A stretch of 64,000 nt of DNA from Nemertoderma westbladi (taxonomy: Eukaryota > Animalia > Xenacoelomorpha). How positions within the stretch are numbered: position 1 is the stretch's first letter; each line of letters opens with the position of its first letter. A program made the translations under genes and the position numbers. Shown here one piece after another: positions 1 through 12,282 of this stretch. Location of the stretch: assembly GCA_032718475.1 (NCBI GenBank), contig JAUCBJ010002115.1, positions 1-64,000 of the forward strand. Reading direction: 5' to 3'. The notes below the pieces were generated by a model, which saw nothing but the letters and a program-made list of their open reading frames with translations, did not search any database and had not been told where the DNA came from.

Positions 1-69
1 AAGAAATTAAACCCCAATGAAACCTAATCCGGCAAAACGAATGCAATGAGTACTACTCATTTATTTTGG

Positions 70-382
70 AGTCCGGACAATTGCGACCCGGACAATTGCG
101 ACCCGGACAATTTCGACCCGGTCAATTGCGACCCATGTTTTTAAATAAAAATTATGGGTCGCAATTGTCCGGGTCGCATTTGTCAATGATATACAATGAT
201 ATTTATCAATGAAATACATTACATATTTTTATCTGGATCCGGACAATTGCGATCCAGACAATTGCGACCCGGTCAATTGCGACCCGGACAATTGCGACCC
301 GGACAATTTCGACCCGGTCAATTGCGACCCGGTCAATTGCAACCAATGTTTTTAAATAAAAATTATGGGTCGCAATTGTCCG
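70..382. repeat. 15-bp tandem repeats (CCGGACAATTGCGAC) in two blocks, each followed by inverted copies; probably non-autonomous DNA transposon ends
   Basis: Direct units at 73-134 and 239-345; reverse-complement units GGGTCGCAATTGTCC at ~156-184 and ~367-382. Confidence 0.75.
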
Positions 383-439
383 AATGTCTAAATTGGTTAA
401 GTTGAAAATCCACGGCTTTTATGAGGATATAATTCTATA

Positions 440-850
440 CTCTGGATGGCACATTCACAAGAATGCTACGCCGGGTTCATTGTGTCAAGTACAATGCACA
501 CATCTCCAACCAGACACTATATAACATGGAAGGTGTCTCATTGGTTACCAAGCTTGACACTAGAACAAAATCGCCTCCGCTTTGCAGGACATTTCTTTCG
601 CCGTGAGGACCAGCCAGTGCATAATCTTGTACTTTGGCAGCCTCATGGAGTGAATAAGCATGGTGTACAGCCCATGACTTTCTTGAGACGCATCTTAAAG
701 GACAGTGGTCTTAAAGATGCGGATGATCTAGCAAATGTCATGGGTGATAGGGAGTTGTGGCGGTGCAATTTTGTTGACAAGCCGGCACAGCATTCTTAAA
801 AATGCAGCTGCAATGCAGCATGCCGATCCTAGTAGTAGTAGTAGTAGTAT
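440..850 (+). mobile_element. RTE-clade LINE 3' fragment with (TAG)n tail
   Basis: ORF 446-799 contains RLRFAGHFFR...LVLWQP, like the RTE C-terminus at 22908-23876; tagtagtag tail at ~830-850. Confidence 0.85.
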
Positions 851-1085
851 AGTTTTTAATTAGTTCAAGTGATTTGCTTTAATAAATGTGTCTTTAATTG
901 ATCTAAACGTAATTAAAGCGGCACAATTATTGAGTACAAATTTAATCCTGCCCATTATTGGTCAACATAGTCTCTGCGGGGGTGTAGAGCTGCTAGCTGG
1001 CTGGGAGATGTTGGCCTTACCAGAGGCGAATTGTACTGTAATAGGCAGCCAGTAGTATTGCTATAGCAACTCAGACATAACTCGA
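850..1085. repeat. Interspersed repeat; inverted copy at ~3165-3440
   Basis: tagtttttaattagttcaagtgatttgctttaataa is the reverse complement of ttattaaagcaaatcacttgaactaattaaaaacta (~3403-3440). Confidence 0.75.
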
Positions 1086-1132
1086 TCCATACCCTGCCTG
1101 TATTTCAATTCCTATTGACTTTATACTACAAA

Positions 1133-2189
1133 TGTGGGGCGAGACACGTAGTCGGCGAGCCTTGGCATACGATTCATATAGGCCCCAACGGAGCATGTCC
1201 GTCTGTCTGTCCGTCTGTCTGGTAAATTTTTGATCGCGAATTTCTCGGCATCGCTGGTTCGGAATTGAACCAAACTTAGTAGATAAGTAGAAGAGGGAAA
1301 GTTTAGAAAATTTGTGAAGTTTGGTGAAAAATCATGCAGTCTGACGTCAGCTACGACAGATTATGTGCTTTTTACAAAATGTTAAATTTCTCAGCAATGC
1401 CTCATTTTTCAGAGCTGAAATTTTGGTTACTCGTAGATAATCATGAAGTCTATCTTTTACGAAATTGAAAAGTTAAGACAGTTAATTGGGGATCCGCTAG
1501 AAACTCGGGAATAATTGCGTAGGCCTACACCGGTACCTACAGTTAATTGCTGCTGTAATGTTCATCAGTAGTGACTACGAAATTGCAGTATAAAATTGTA
1601 ATACCTTCATTGGCCAGCTCGTTACCTCGAGCGGTGTTGGCTGAATTGATAAGGCGTTGGACTAGCCATCCAATGGGATCTTCTCGCGCTGGTTCGAATC
1701 ATATCTGTGGCAAAGCTTATTTTGCACCATTTTGTATATTAATTCTTTAAAGCCAACAATATAAACCAACTTTGTTATTATGTATGCAGTCTATTAGAAG
1801 TTTAGAAATAATCTGAGTTTTTATCAAAACAAGACTGTCTGACACTCGCTACCGGTAGTTTCAGACTTTTTATAAAAACCGAAATAAGTCGTTCAATCAA
1901 ATGATGAATTAAACCAAACTTGTACGTATGCAGTCCATTAAAAGTTTGGAAAGTATCTGAAGTTTGGTCAAAAATAAGTCAGTCGGTACCGGTGGTTTCA
2001 GACTTTTTATAAAAACCGAAATAAGTCGGGCAATTGCAGTTCAGACTTTTTATAAAAACCGAAATAAGTCGGGCAATTGCAGTTCAGACTTTTTGTAAAA
2101 ACCGAAATAAGTCGGGCAATTGCAGATTAAATTAAACCAAAATTTGTATGTATGCACTCTCGTGCTGCGCGAAGTCCCCACGAACGTGT
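1133..2189 (+). mobile_element. Non-autonomous HINE/DINE-1-like element
   Basis: Starts TGTGGGGCGAGACACG, has a (GTCY)n tract at ~1196-1220 and internal tandem repeats at 1860-2125, ends CCCCACGAACGTGT; same family as 31685-32319. Confidence 0.7.
1631..1712 (+). pseudogene. Degenerate tRNA-Ser-like sequence (SINE head or pseudo-tRNA)
   Basis: A box TGGCTGAATTG, AAGGCGTTGGACTAG..ATCCAATGGG anticodon/variable arm and B box GGTTCGAATC; acceptor stem poor. Confidence 0.55.
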
Positions 2190-3589
2190 TGTATTACTTA
2201 CTATCTCAGGTGACACGTTCGTGGGGCCTTCGCGCATCACGAGGCCCAGTTATGAGATACAAATTAAAATTGAGCGACTGTATCACAAAATCCGGTTTTG
2301 ATAAATTTACCCACACCACCAATCAATCAAAGAAAGGGGGACAGTACGTGTTCACCCCTTTTAATCTCCCCCCCCCCCCCAGCCCTTCCCAACCACCAAT
2401 ACATAACCGCGACATCTACCACCCACGGAAGGGTAGCACGAACTTATTTCCAATCGCACGTTCAATATGCAAAGCCAGGTGGTGGTTTATAGGAATATAA
2501 TAAACGCAGTACTCGTTTTCATTATAAGCATCGTTGCGTTCGTCCTGTTTTGTATTTAAATATATTTCTTAAACGCAGGCTAGGACGATCTTTATAATAA
2601 TAATAACTAGGGATGCGATCAATATGTGAAGCCAGGTGGTTTATATAATAATTTAGTAAACGCAGTACTCGTCTTTATTATATGCCTCGTTGCGCTCGTT
2701 GCTTGTCCTGTTTTGTCATAAAATATTTTTCCTAAACGCAGACTGACGATCTTTATACAGTTATAACTATGCGAAGTTTCGAAACTGTGCGAGTAACTGT
2801 TGATACATCTATGTGGAGATGTGTGATATGTGGAGATGTGTGATACAACGCCAACGCATCTTATGCCGATGTAGTAATATGGGTATTGAAATAATATTAA
2901 ATCAATGTACACTCTTAAAGCTGCAGCGAAAAAATGTAGCTAATTTCCTAGGTTACATATAAAATAATAATATTATTTTTAAGAACATTAATTTTACTAC
3001 TTTGCAAAAATTCAATTAAAAAATAACCAGACATATACATTGTGGAATAAACTATTTCAGAAGCCTACAACAGCCATGCCATGGATGGTATTTATGTTAT
3101 TATATCTGTCATTTACCTGAGATAGCAATACAACATTTATAGTGGATTTAAAGAATGCTGTCTGGGCTGGAATAGCAATACTGGTTGCCTATTACAATTC
3201 CTCTCTGGTTAGTCTACAGCCACAACTCCCAGCTAGCTCCACACCAGCAGAGACTTGACCAATAATCATTCCCAGCAACTGGCTGCCTTACACAAACATC
3301 CTTCCATCTATATACCAGCATGTTGGCCAATAAATGAGCAGTATTTTAATGAGAATCAATTTTTTATGCCGTTTAATAACTTTAGATCAATTAAAGACAC
3401 AATTATTAAAGCAAATCACTTGAACTAATTAAAAACTATAATAGAATGGAGTATGTGGATTACATCTGTATATTTTTTAAGTATAATTATTGAAGTCTTA
3501 TACTGTAAAACAATTAATTTCCTTTAAAAGGCAGGTTGAAAATGGTGTTTTTACCGTAATCAACTTAATTAACTAATTAACTGCTATTA

Positions 3590-3950
3590 TCTTAGCTTCT
3601 CGAAGGCCACACGGAAATTATACTTGGAAAATTTCTAAACTTTTGCCAAACAACATGTGTACCAAGTTTGGATAGATTTCATCAAAGATTGGCCGAGTTA
3701 TTAACGTTTAAAATTGAACACGACAGAACGACAGAACGACTGAACGACAGGTTGATTAATGGTACCACTACGCTAAGGCTCACTCACTTCGTGGCTCGCC
3801 CCACAGAACGACAGAACGACAGGTTGATTAATGGTACCACTACGCTAAAGCTCACTCACTTCGTGGCTCGCCCCACAGAACGACAGAACGACAGGTTGAT
3901 TAATGGTACCACTACGCTAAGGCTCACTCACTTCGTGGCTCGCCCCCACA
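3590..3950 (-). mobile_element. HINE-like subfamily copy with three 72-bp tandem repeats of its terminus
   Basis: Ends ...GTGGCTCGCCCCCACA; related copies begin TGTGGGGCGAGCCACG at ~36746 and ~38626. Confidence 0.65.
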
Positions 3951-5554
3951 GAAGATATAATGACTGTTGTAGGCTTATATCTGAAATAGTTTATTCCGCA
4001 ATATATTTGTCTGGTTATTTTTTAATTGAGTTTTTGCAAAGTAGTAAAATTAATGTTCTTAAAAATAATATTATTATTTTATACGAAACCTAGAAAATTA
4101 TCTACATTTTTTCGCGGCAGCTTTAAGAGTGTACATTGATTTAATATTATTTTAATACCCATATTACTACATCGGCATACGATGTGTTGGCGTTGTATCA
4201 CACATCTCCACATAGATGTATTAGCAGTTACTCGCACAGTTTCGAAACTTCGCATAGTTATAACTGTATAAAGATCGTCAGTCTTGGTTTAGGAAAAATA
4301 TTTTAATGCAAAACAGGACGAGCGACGAGCGCAACGAGGCATATAATGAAGACGAGTTGTTTGCGGTATTTCAACTTCTCATAATGCAAGTTGAATATTT
4401 TATCAGTACTAGGTGCGGGAACATGGAATTTGGGTATATTCAATGGACTGGGGGTGATTCACGGGCGAATATTGGGGCGACTTACGGAGCACGGGACTCA
4501 TATCAGATATTGAAGGGCCAAGGGTGGGAGGCAAAATCAAGCAGTACTCAGGTTTACCTGATACTATTTAGGCCTAGCCAACTTCCTGCTGCCTGTAGAG
4601 GTGGATTTGGTAACTCGCTAGGCCTAGGGACAAGGACTGCCCTTAGCGGTTCCTGGCTAACAGCAGTTATTACGAGCCTGAATAAGGACTCGGAAAGTCT
4701 GCTGATTGCGTCAGGGATTTGCGACGGGAACCGACAGACAGATCCTTAGCGGTCCCTGGTCACCGGCAGTTATTACGAGCCTGAATAAGGACTCGGAAAG
4801 CTTGCCGACTGCACCGGGGACTTGCGATGGATCGACCGACTAAACGGAGAAAGGGTTCGACGAGGACTGCCTTCCTGGAGTGGGTTCCACGACCGGTGTT
4901 AGTACGAGCCTGAAAGGGACTCGGAAAACTACCGACAGTTGGGACTCACAACGGGCTGACAGACCCCTTGCCAAGCCGTATCGCTTTCCTAATGACCGAT
5001 CCCTTCGGGGTTCGCGAAGGGTGGGACGGACACGCAATGGGGTCAAAAGACAAAGGACCGGACTCTACTGGCCTACCGATTATTCAGAGAAGCTTCTCGG
5101 CTACCAAAGCGACTACGAGCCTGAAAGGGACTCGGAAATCTTAGGTGGTTGGGACCCTGCGATGAACCGACAGACCCCTAGCCAAGCCATACTGCTTTCC
5201 TGATGACCGATCCCTTCGGGGTTTGGGAAGGGTGGGATGGACACGCAACCCGGTCTACCGACTTGACCGACCCTTAGCCAAGCCGTACTGCTTTCCTGAT
5301 GACCGATCCCTTTGGGGTTCGGGAAGGGTGGGATGGACACGCAACAGGGTCGACCGACACCGACACTACGGTACTGGGACTAGGACCGAGGGAAAATGGG
5401 GATCATTGGTTAGGATAAAATCTAAAGCCAACAGTGGGTAATTAATTAGTGTACTGTAGGAATTTATATGTTCGTATATTATTGTGAATATTTGGTGTAT
5501 ATTGGTGTGGGGAAGCCCAACTTATTCTCAATCAGGGTTCAATCAGAGTTTAGT

Positions 5555-6221
5555 CCAAATGCATGTATTATTTCCCTAAATCGTGTAAAAACTCAAATGT
5601 AGGACAAGTATCTTTAAATAGTAATAAGTTAACAATAGTGCACGAGATTAAATATTTAGGTCATATACTTTGCGATAATACAGACGATAATTCGGATATT
5701 CATAATCAATTAAGATCATTTTATAAACGTGCTAATACCATTATTAGAAAATTTGCAAATTGTACTACAGCCGTAAAAGTTAAATTATTTCGATGTTTTT
5801 GTACTCAATTTTATTGTAACGCTTTGTGGTCTAGATTAAATTACTCTGCTTCTGTGCATAATAAAGTAGCATATAATACAGCGGCCAGACGCTTTTTCGG
5901 GTACCCTTATGGCTCCAGTGTTTCTTTTATGTTCGGTGTATTAAATATTCCTAAATTTATTCATATACGTGCTGCAGCAATTAATTCTCTATTTTTACGG
6001 GCAACAAATTCGTGTAATACAATGGTAATTGCAACGCTTCATGAGGTATACAAAACGAGTAGAATATTTTTAATGCGGGACCTATCATATATTGATGACT
6101 AAAATTAATTATATTTAGTTAGGCTTGATATCCTTGATTGTGCTAATAATATTTTATATATATATTTGTTTGTTTGTTTGTTTTTATGGGCAATCGTGCC
6201 TGAAATAAAGAATTATTATTA
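5555..6221 (+). mobile_element. 5'-truncated CR1/L2-clade LINE with TTTAGT TSD
   Basis: ORF 5563-6102 (KYLGHIL...VKVKLFRCFC) resembles the C-terminus of 30707-31723; AATAAA plus (ATT)n tail; TTTAGT at 5549-5554 and 6222-6227. Confidence 0.85.
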
Positions 6222-6409
6222 TTTAGTTACATTAAAGATTATTTCCAACCAATGCAACTTTTTTCTCGACTGCAACCTTGCATCTCAGAAAGGACTCCTT
6301 CTCCACTCCCAATATCCAGTAAGCAACCGAGGGTGGACTCTCTATAGCCGAGGGGCACTTGTATAATAACTAATAATCACAAACCCCGTCCTCTTATAAT
6401 ATATAACTC

Positions 6410-6436
6410 TGTAGTAGTCAGTAGTAGTAGTAGTAA

Positions 6437-6472
<36 letters not shown>

Positions 6473-6490
6473 AAGTAGTAAGTAATAGTA
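6410..6490. repeat. (AGT)n microsatellite
   Basis: Directly visible. Confidence 0.95.
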
Positions 6491-7189
6491 AAGGAGATCG
6501 GTTTAAACCAAAGTGATAAAGTAACATTATTATATAACATAATCATATAGACAAAGTAGAATAAGATACAGATTCATAATTATTTTATCAAACTCATGTA
6601 CTACTTACTTCAATGTGCCAATTGTAATAATAATTAAACATATTATTCCGATTAATCTGCGTTTGGCCCTATAAGATATTATACTGACGTATTTTATATT
6701 ATTATATCCATCCGAGTAAACAAGAAGTGAAGTAAATGTTTATTATTATAGTTTTAGAAATTGAATGATATACCCAAGATAGTGAAATAGATAATATACC
6801 AGAAATTGCCATTTGATCAGATATATCAAAGCGGCGTCTTTAGTATAATACCGTAATAGTATCAATTAACTCTGTTATACAATGTAAATATACTAAATCT
6901 ATTTATAAATATATTATGAGCCCTACATTGTATATTTATCCTACAGGTAGACAATGTAGTATGTTAAAACTTGATATAATTTGGTATAATGTATAACATA
7001 TTACAAATAAGACTGAGGCAGCTAAACTATATTGCAAAGAAATCAAATATCCTAAAGTAATATACTAGACCCTCCCTCCACCCTATAAATAGTGTTCACC
7101 ATCTACCCCACCCACCGCCCTTATTACTTCATAATAATGAAAGATAGTACCGGCGCTCCGGTCACTCCGTTCCCTCCGCTGGGGGGGTT

Positions 7190-9000
7190 AAGTTGTAGGT
7201 TTTGACACTATGCAAAATCCGAGCACAGAGTTAGAAGCGCATTGGATAGGCGAACATTTCTTGCAGTGAAAGTATTTCCATACTTATTATAGTTTTCGAG
7301 ATAGTCAGACATGAGTAGCAAAAATTTGAATTTTTTTGGTAAAGTCTGATTACACCGGTACCTGTCATCCGAAATATGGATTGTGATATATCGTTAGATG
7401 CGGGTCCACTAACTGTACATTCACATATTTTCAAGGAAAAAATTCGATCAAGGGTTTTCGAAATATTTTCGAATTACCGGAAGCAGACTTTGGACGACCA
7501 TATCTCCGGTACCGGTAGGCCTATTGAGTCAAAAAATTTTTTAATCTACTTAGAACACTCCAGTGAATGTTTTTTAGTTTGAAAGTTTTGCCCCAAAATG
7601 CTCAGAAGTAATTTCGAAAACACTGATCATTTTGCGATCATGATCTTTTGACCCCCTAGAATTGAACTTTTTTATGGTCAAATTTTGGCTACCCCCCCTA
7701 ATTCGAGGGTGAGGAATCTTTTTGTAATGTTAAGTTTTTTCATACGGTGAACTCACAGGACTTGGTCTTCGAAATAAAACCGAAAACATGATCTTTCCTG
7801 ATCATGGCCTGATCAAATCGCTTTTTGAAAATTTTGAAATGCTCAAAAGTTGCCCCTTCTTAATAGAAGTCGATTAGTAAAAAAAAAGTCGGGGGTCTCA
7901 AACAAAGTTTTCGAGAAAATCGGGAAAAACCGATAAACACGATCTTTTATGATCAGGAAGCTGATCTCGAGAACTGGTTGCCCGATCGAGCCAATTTTTT
8001 TTTAATCAACTCAGAATAGACCATTGCACATTTCTTACAATGAATGTTTATTAGAACAATGCTTAGATTCGATTTTAAATATACTGATCTTTTCGCGATC
8101 ATGATCTTGAGTTTTGACCCACTAGACTTGAACTTTTTTATGCCCAAATTTTGGCTACCCCCCATAATTCGAGGGTGAGGAATCTTTTTGTGATGTTAAG
8201 TTTTTCCATACGGTGAACTCCCAGGACTTGGTCTTTGAAATAAAACCAAAAACACGATCTTTTCTGATCGCGGCCTGATCAAATTGTTTTTTGAAAATTT
8301 CGAAATGCTCAAAAGTTGCCCCTTCACCATAGAAGTCGATTCGTAAAAAAAAATCGGGGGTCTCAAACAAAGTTTTCGAGAACATCCAAAAAAACTAAAA
8401 AATCTGATCTTTAATGATCAGGTATCAGATCTCGAGAACCAGTTGTCCGATCGAGCCAATTTTTTTTTAATCGACTCAGGGCGGTGTTCTGAACGTTTCC
8501 TACAGTAATTGTTTATATCCAAAATGCTTAGTTACGATTTTACGAAGTCCGATCTTTGCGCGATCATGATCTTGCGTTTTAACCGGGAAGAATTCACTTT
8601 TTTTAAAATCTTTTAACGGGAATCATGACTAATGTGGGGTCGCTGAATCTTTTTGTAATGTTAAGTTTTTCGAATGGAGCAAGCCTTGAGTGTCCGATTG
8701 CTGATCAAAACTGATCTTTGCTGATCATGGTCAAGATCATGATCTGACACCTCCAAAAAAAGCTCCTTGAATGTAAACCCATATGCTGCCTATCGATTGG
8801 CGCCGGTCCCAACTCCGTAGCATTAGCCGTTTTGGCTGTAGCTCCATAGCAACGTGGTTGCTAGGGAAGCGGACTTTTCGACTCAAATTGGCCCTAGCCG
8901 GAGAACCGTAGACTTTTTTAACACATTATGTATGGCGAAAAGTCTTCTGGATAAATTTTGGGGGGGGTCTAGGAACATCCTATTGTTCGTTTTCGCTTAG
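7190..9000. repeat. Unclassified non-autonomous repeat with ~460-bp internal tandem units
   Basis: GCGATCATGATCTT...GAATCTTTTTGTAATGTTAAGTTTTT recurs at ~7635, ~8095 and ~8560. Confidence 0.6.
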
Positions 9001-9858
9001 TTGCTGAGATCCTCTCATCCCACAAATCCCAGGATTCTATAAAGGCATTCTGCTGGACTAGTTCCGTGGCCGGAATAGTGTTCGGTGTTCTGCGAACAGA
9101 GAACCTAATCGGTTTAGGGCCCTGACCGTCCAGTGACTGGCCGGAATCCTGTGGTCTGAAAATTCCGCCTCCAGCATCCGCGTTTTCCTCATGGTGTCAG
9201 GAATAACGGCAACACGAGTACTATGTAGACTATATTCCTATTAACCATACCTGGCTTCACCTATTGAAGGCATCAGTAGTTATAAAGATCGTCCGTCAGT
9301 CTGCGTTTAGGAAAAATGTTTAAATACAAAACAGGACGAGCACAACGACGTTTATAACTGCCTACTGCGTTGATTATATTCCTATAAACCATACCTGGCC
9401 TCGCCTATTGAAGGTATCGGTAGTTATAAAGTACTGGTTGGTGGGAAGGGTGGTGGGGGGGGGGGGGGGGGGTGCAGATTAAAAGGGGTGAACACATACT
9501 GTCCCCCTTTCTTTGATTGATTGGTGGTGTGGGTTAATTTCTCAAAAGCTGATTTTGTGATACAGTCGCTCAATTTTAATCTGTATCACTGATAACTGAG
9601 CCTCGTCCTGCGCGATGGCCCCATGAACGTGTAAATACTGTATAAGGGTTGGATAGTGATTCAATATTGCTGGTGCCATCGGGGTTTCTTTAGATTCATT
9701 GATGGAAGCACATTAGTTATTATAAAAGAAGAATCTCCATCCACAATTTTAGTTTTGTTCATTGATTCAGACCAGCCATATTTTTACCAGTTTTCTAAAA
9801 AAAAGTGTCTCTTTTAGTGCGTGCCACAAAATAAAAGGTTTGAACAAATAAAACTAAC

Positions 9859-9965
9859 CTGATATAGTTCTGTTTCTACCCGGGTACGTGTAACATCGTC
9901 CACGCTCAACGGATAAAGTTAAATCGAAGTCGTCTTCTGCACATTTCCCATCCGCTCCTTTGCAA
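9859..9965 (-). CDS. DEG/ENaC channel exon 4
   Basis: aag|T CKGADGKCAEDDFDLTLSVERGRCYTYPGRNRTIS G|gttagt; GxCYT motif, in phase with exon 3; later exons not located. Confidence 0.85.
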
Positions 9966-10137
9966 CTTAATTAAAAATATCAATTCGATAAGTTATATAC
10001 ATAAAATATTTAATATATGTCTGATTCAGTGATTGATAATGGCTGCAATCTGCAGTTGAAATATATTTCTTTGCCTAGGCCCTACCGTACTGCCGTACCG
10101 ATTCGAATTGTATATATAGTACCTAAATTCCAGGGTT

Positions 10138-10940
10138 ATGATCGCAACATTTGATGGGAATCCCAAGACAACAGTTATATGTTGCTACAGTCCAACCAAT
10201 GCATCAGAGCCAGAACAAGCAGTCAAGTTTTATGAAGAACTGACTGGACTTATTAAGGACATCCCGAAACACAATGTTAAAGTCATTGCTGGTCACCTGA
10301 AAGCGCAAATTGGCCCAGAAGACATCAAGGGTTACACCTATAACACCAGTTCTAACAGAAATGGGTACTTACTCTTAGACCTAATGGAAGAATGTGAATT
10401 GATACCAACAAACAACACATTCGAAAAGAGTAAGGGGAAGCTATGGACCTTTCAATACCCTAATGGAACCAAAGCACAACTGGATTACATCCTTATAAAC
10501 AAAAAGTGGAGAAATAGCATGATCAACTGCGAGGCATACAGCTCGTTCAACCTAATTGGTTCGGACCACAGAATTGTGACTGCAGAGATCAGACTCAGTT
10601 TGAGAGCCAGCAAACCCAGGACAAGCAAGCAAATCAACTATGACTGGGAGAAACTCAGAACTGACAATGCTGTAAAGGATGCTTATACAGTAGAAGTTCA
10701 AAACCGCTTTGAAGCACTTCAGTCAATGGATGAAGACCAATCCACCGATTCAATATACCAGAATATAATAACAGCCCACAAGGAATCAGCTAAGAGGCAT
10801 ATCCCCCAGAAACCTAAACGAAAACAGTATGTGCCATGGCAAAACTCTGAGGTTACTTGTAAGAGAGAAGATCTTAAGATAGCCTACAAAGTTAAAACCA
10901 AACAACCAACAACCGAAAACATTAACAAGGTTGAGAAAGC
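10138..10940 (+). pseudogene. RTE APE-type endonuclease C-terminal part
   Basis: CYSPTN, QLDYILIN and SDHRIV motifs. Confidence 0.9.
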
Positions 10941-12204
10941 TGTACGCGCTTTTGAAGACCTTTAGCAGTTTAACCTGCCAAAATTTATATGTCTTTTGGG
11001 TTATAGATATACTTTAGAAGATGACAAATATTTAATACCAATAAACACAACATTAGCAGAAGCCAGCCTAGTGCGCGTCCATTCACCCGCTGGATAATCC
11101 CGGGAGACTGGATTCTGAGGGCTTAAATTATTATTGCAGTGAAGCTTACGGTATTGTATTATTCGATTGATCGTTAATAATTAATTTCTGACTAATATTA
11201 TTCACTTTCGGGAAATATTAACAGTTCCTTTAGGACGTGGCGCTCTATCTAAGTAAACAGAGATATGACTTATACTAATCACAACGGTAAGTCGGTAAGG
11301 CTTAAGATTCACGTATGAGGCGCATTCTTTAGGAAATGCTTAGTTATCAGTCACAATCATGCACACTACCGGTAACACACAATACTGCTCACTAATTTGC
11401 CGACCGTCAATGAATTTTATCATATATAAAGGGAATAGCAACGGACCAATGTAGTGCTTATCAAATAGCATTAAATTCACTACAAACCACAACAATATAA
11501 GTCGCAATCGCTATATATAACCCGTCTCTCTAACCTGTAGTGTATCAAGAAAATTGGGAAATTTGGGTTCTTTATATATGTTCTCCAAATGATATTCAAC
11601 CAAAACACAACAGTAAACAGCATTAAGACGGTAAGTTAAGATATGATATGAACTGATATGGACCGATATGTGATATGAGTTGTTAAGAACTGATAACAGT
11701 CATACGCTCTATAATTTTAGCCTACTAATGTTTCTTCTATAAGTATGAAACGAATTGATTCTAGAGCTGTTGTTCCTGGCCTAGACAGCAATAACAACAA
11801 AGTATCAGTAAAAAACAGTAAGACTGAACACTCTCCTTATGATCGGCTGAAAAGCTACACGTCGACAGGAAAAATCGCTCTGATTGGCTCAAGCCAAACA
11901 AAGAACCATGCGTCCAATGGCTGTTTCCATGTCAGCAACCAGCTGTTAGATGTCGTAATATGAATCATCACGGCTAAGCTGTGAAAGGTATTTGGTGCAT
12001 TGCAGGTTTTTTGCCTTACCATGTCCGCTAAAACACGTATATAGCAGAATGACTTTTATGTCCGTTAAAACACCTGTAACGGTACCTTGCGGGCGAGGGG
12101 AATATATGTACAGTTAGAGAGCCTTTTTAGAGTATTCCAGCGCCTGGGGGGAAACTGGATTGCGAAGCAAAAGGGGCCAGTTATATCCCACAGAAGCTTT
12201 TACA
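10941..12204 (-). repeat. 3' LTR of the BEL/Pao element
   Basis: TGTACGCG...TTTTACA; about five transitions relative to the other LTR, counted by eye. Confidence 0.95.
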
Positions 12205-12213
12205 CTGCTCCCA
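12205..12213 (-). other. Short polypurine-tract-like sequence (TGGGAGCAG) before the 3' LTR
   Basis: Position immediately upstream of the 3' LTR on the coding strand. Confidence 0.5.
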
Positions 12214-12282
12214 GAAAATGGGATTTGAGTCTATAAAATATACAAAATCACAGTTTCTAATATACGTAAATACTCTAAACAG

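Larger units (their letters stand above)
4358..9214 (+). mobile_element. Solo LTR (TG...CA) with 5-bp TSD CGAGT, interrupted by nested insertions
   Basis: TGTTTGCGGTATT...AATAACGGCAACA flanked by CGAGT at 4353-4357 and 9215-9219; 4358-5554, 6222-6320 and 9129-9214 align with the reverse complement of 24270-25504. Confidence 0.85.
2213..9632. mobile_element. Large foldback structure: left arm ~2213-2950; right arm ~4095-4357 plus 9215-9632, split by a solo LTR
   Basis: ACACGTTCGTGGGGCC... at 2213 is inverted relative to ...GGCCCCATGAACGTGT at 9632; 2700-2940 is the reverse complement of 4095-4350; a third arm copy lies at ~39870-40268. Confidence 0.7.

Noticed and set aside
5195-5335. Hammerhead ribozyme in module B (CTGATGA...GAA)
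   Set aside because: Reads GAAG rather than GAAA, and no stem I/stem III three-way junction or UH site can be formed.
9640-9794. Candidate exon 5 of the channel after a good polypyrimidine/AG acceptor
   Set aside because: All three frames reach a stop within about 12 codons.
11745-11963. 72-aa ORF repeated at 21623-21841
   Set aside because: Antisense ORF in the LTR, duplicated only because the LTRs are duplicated.
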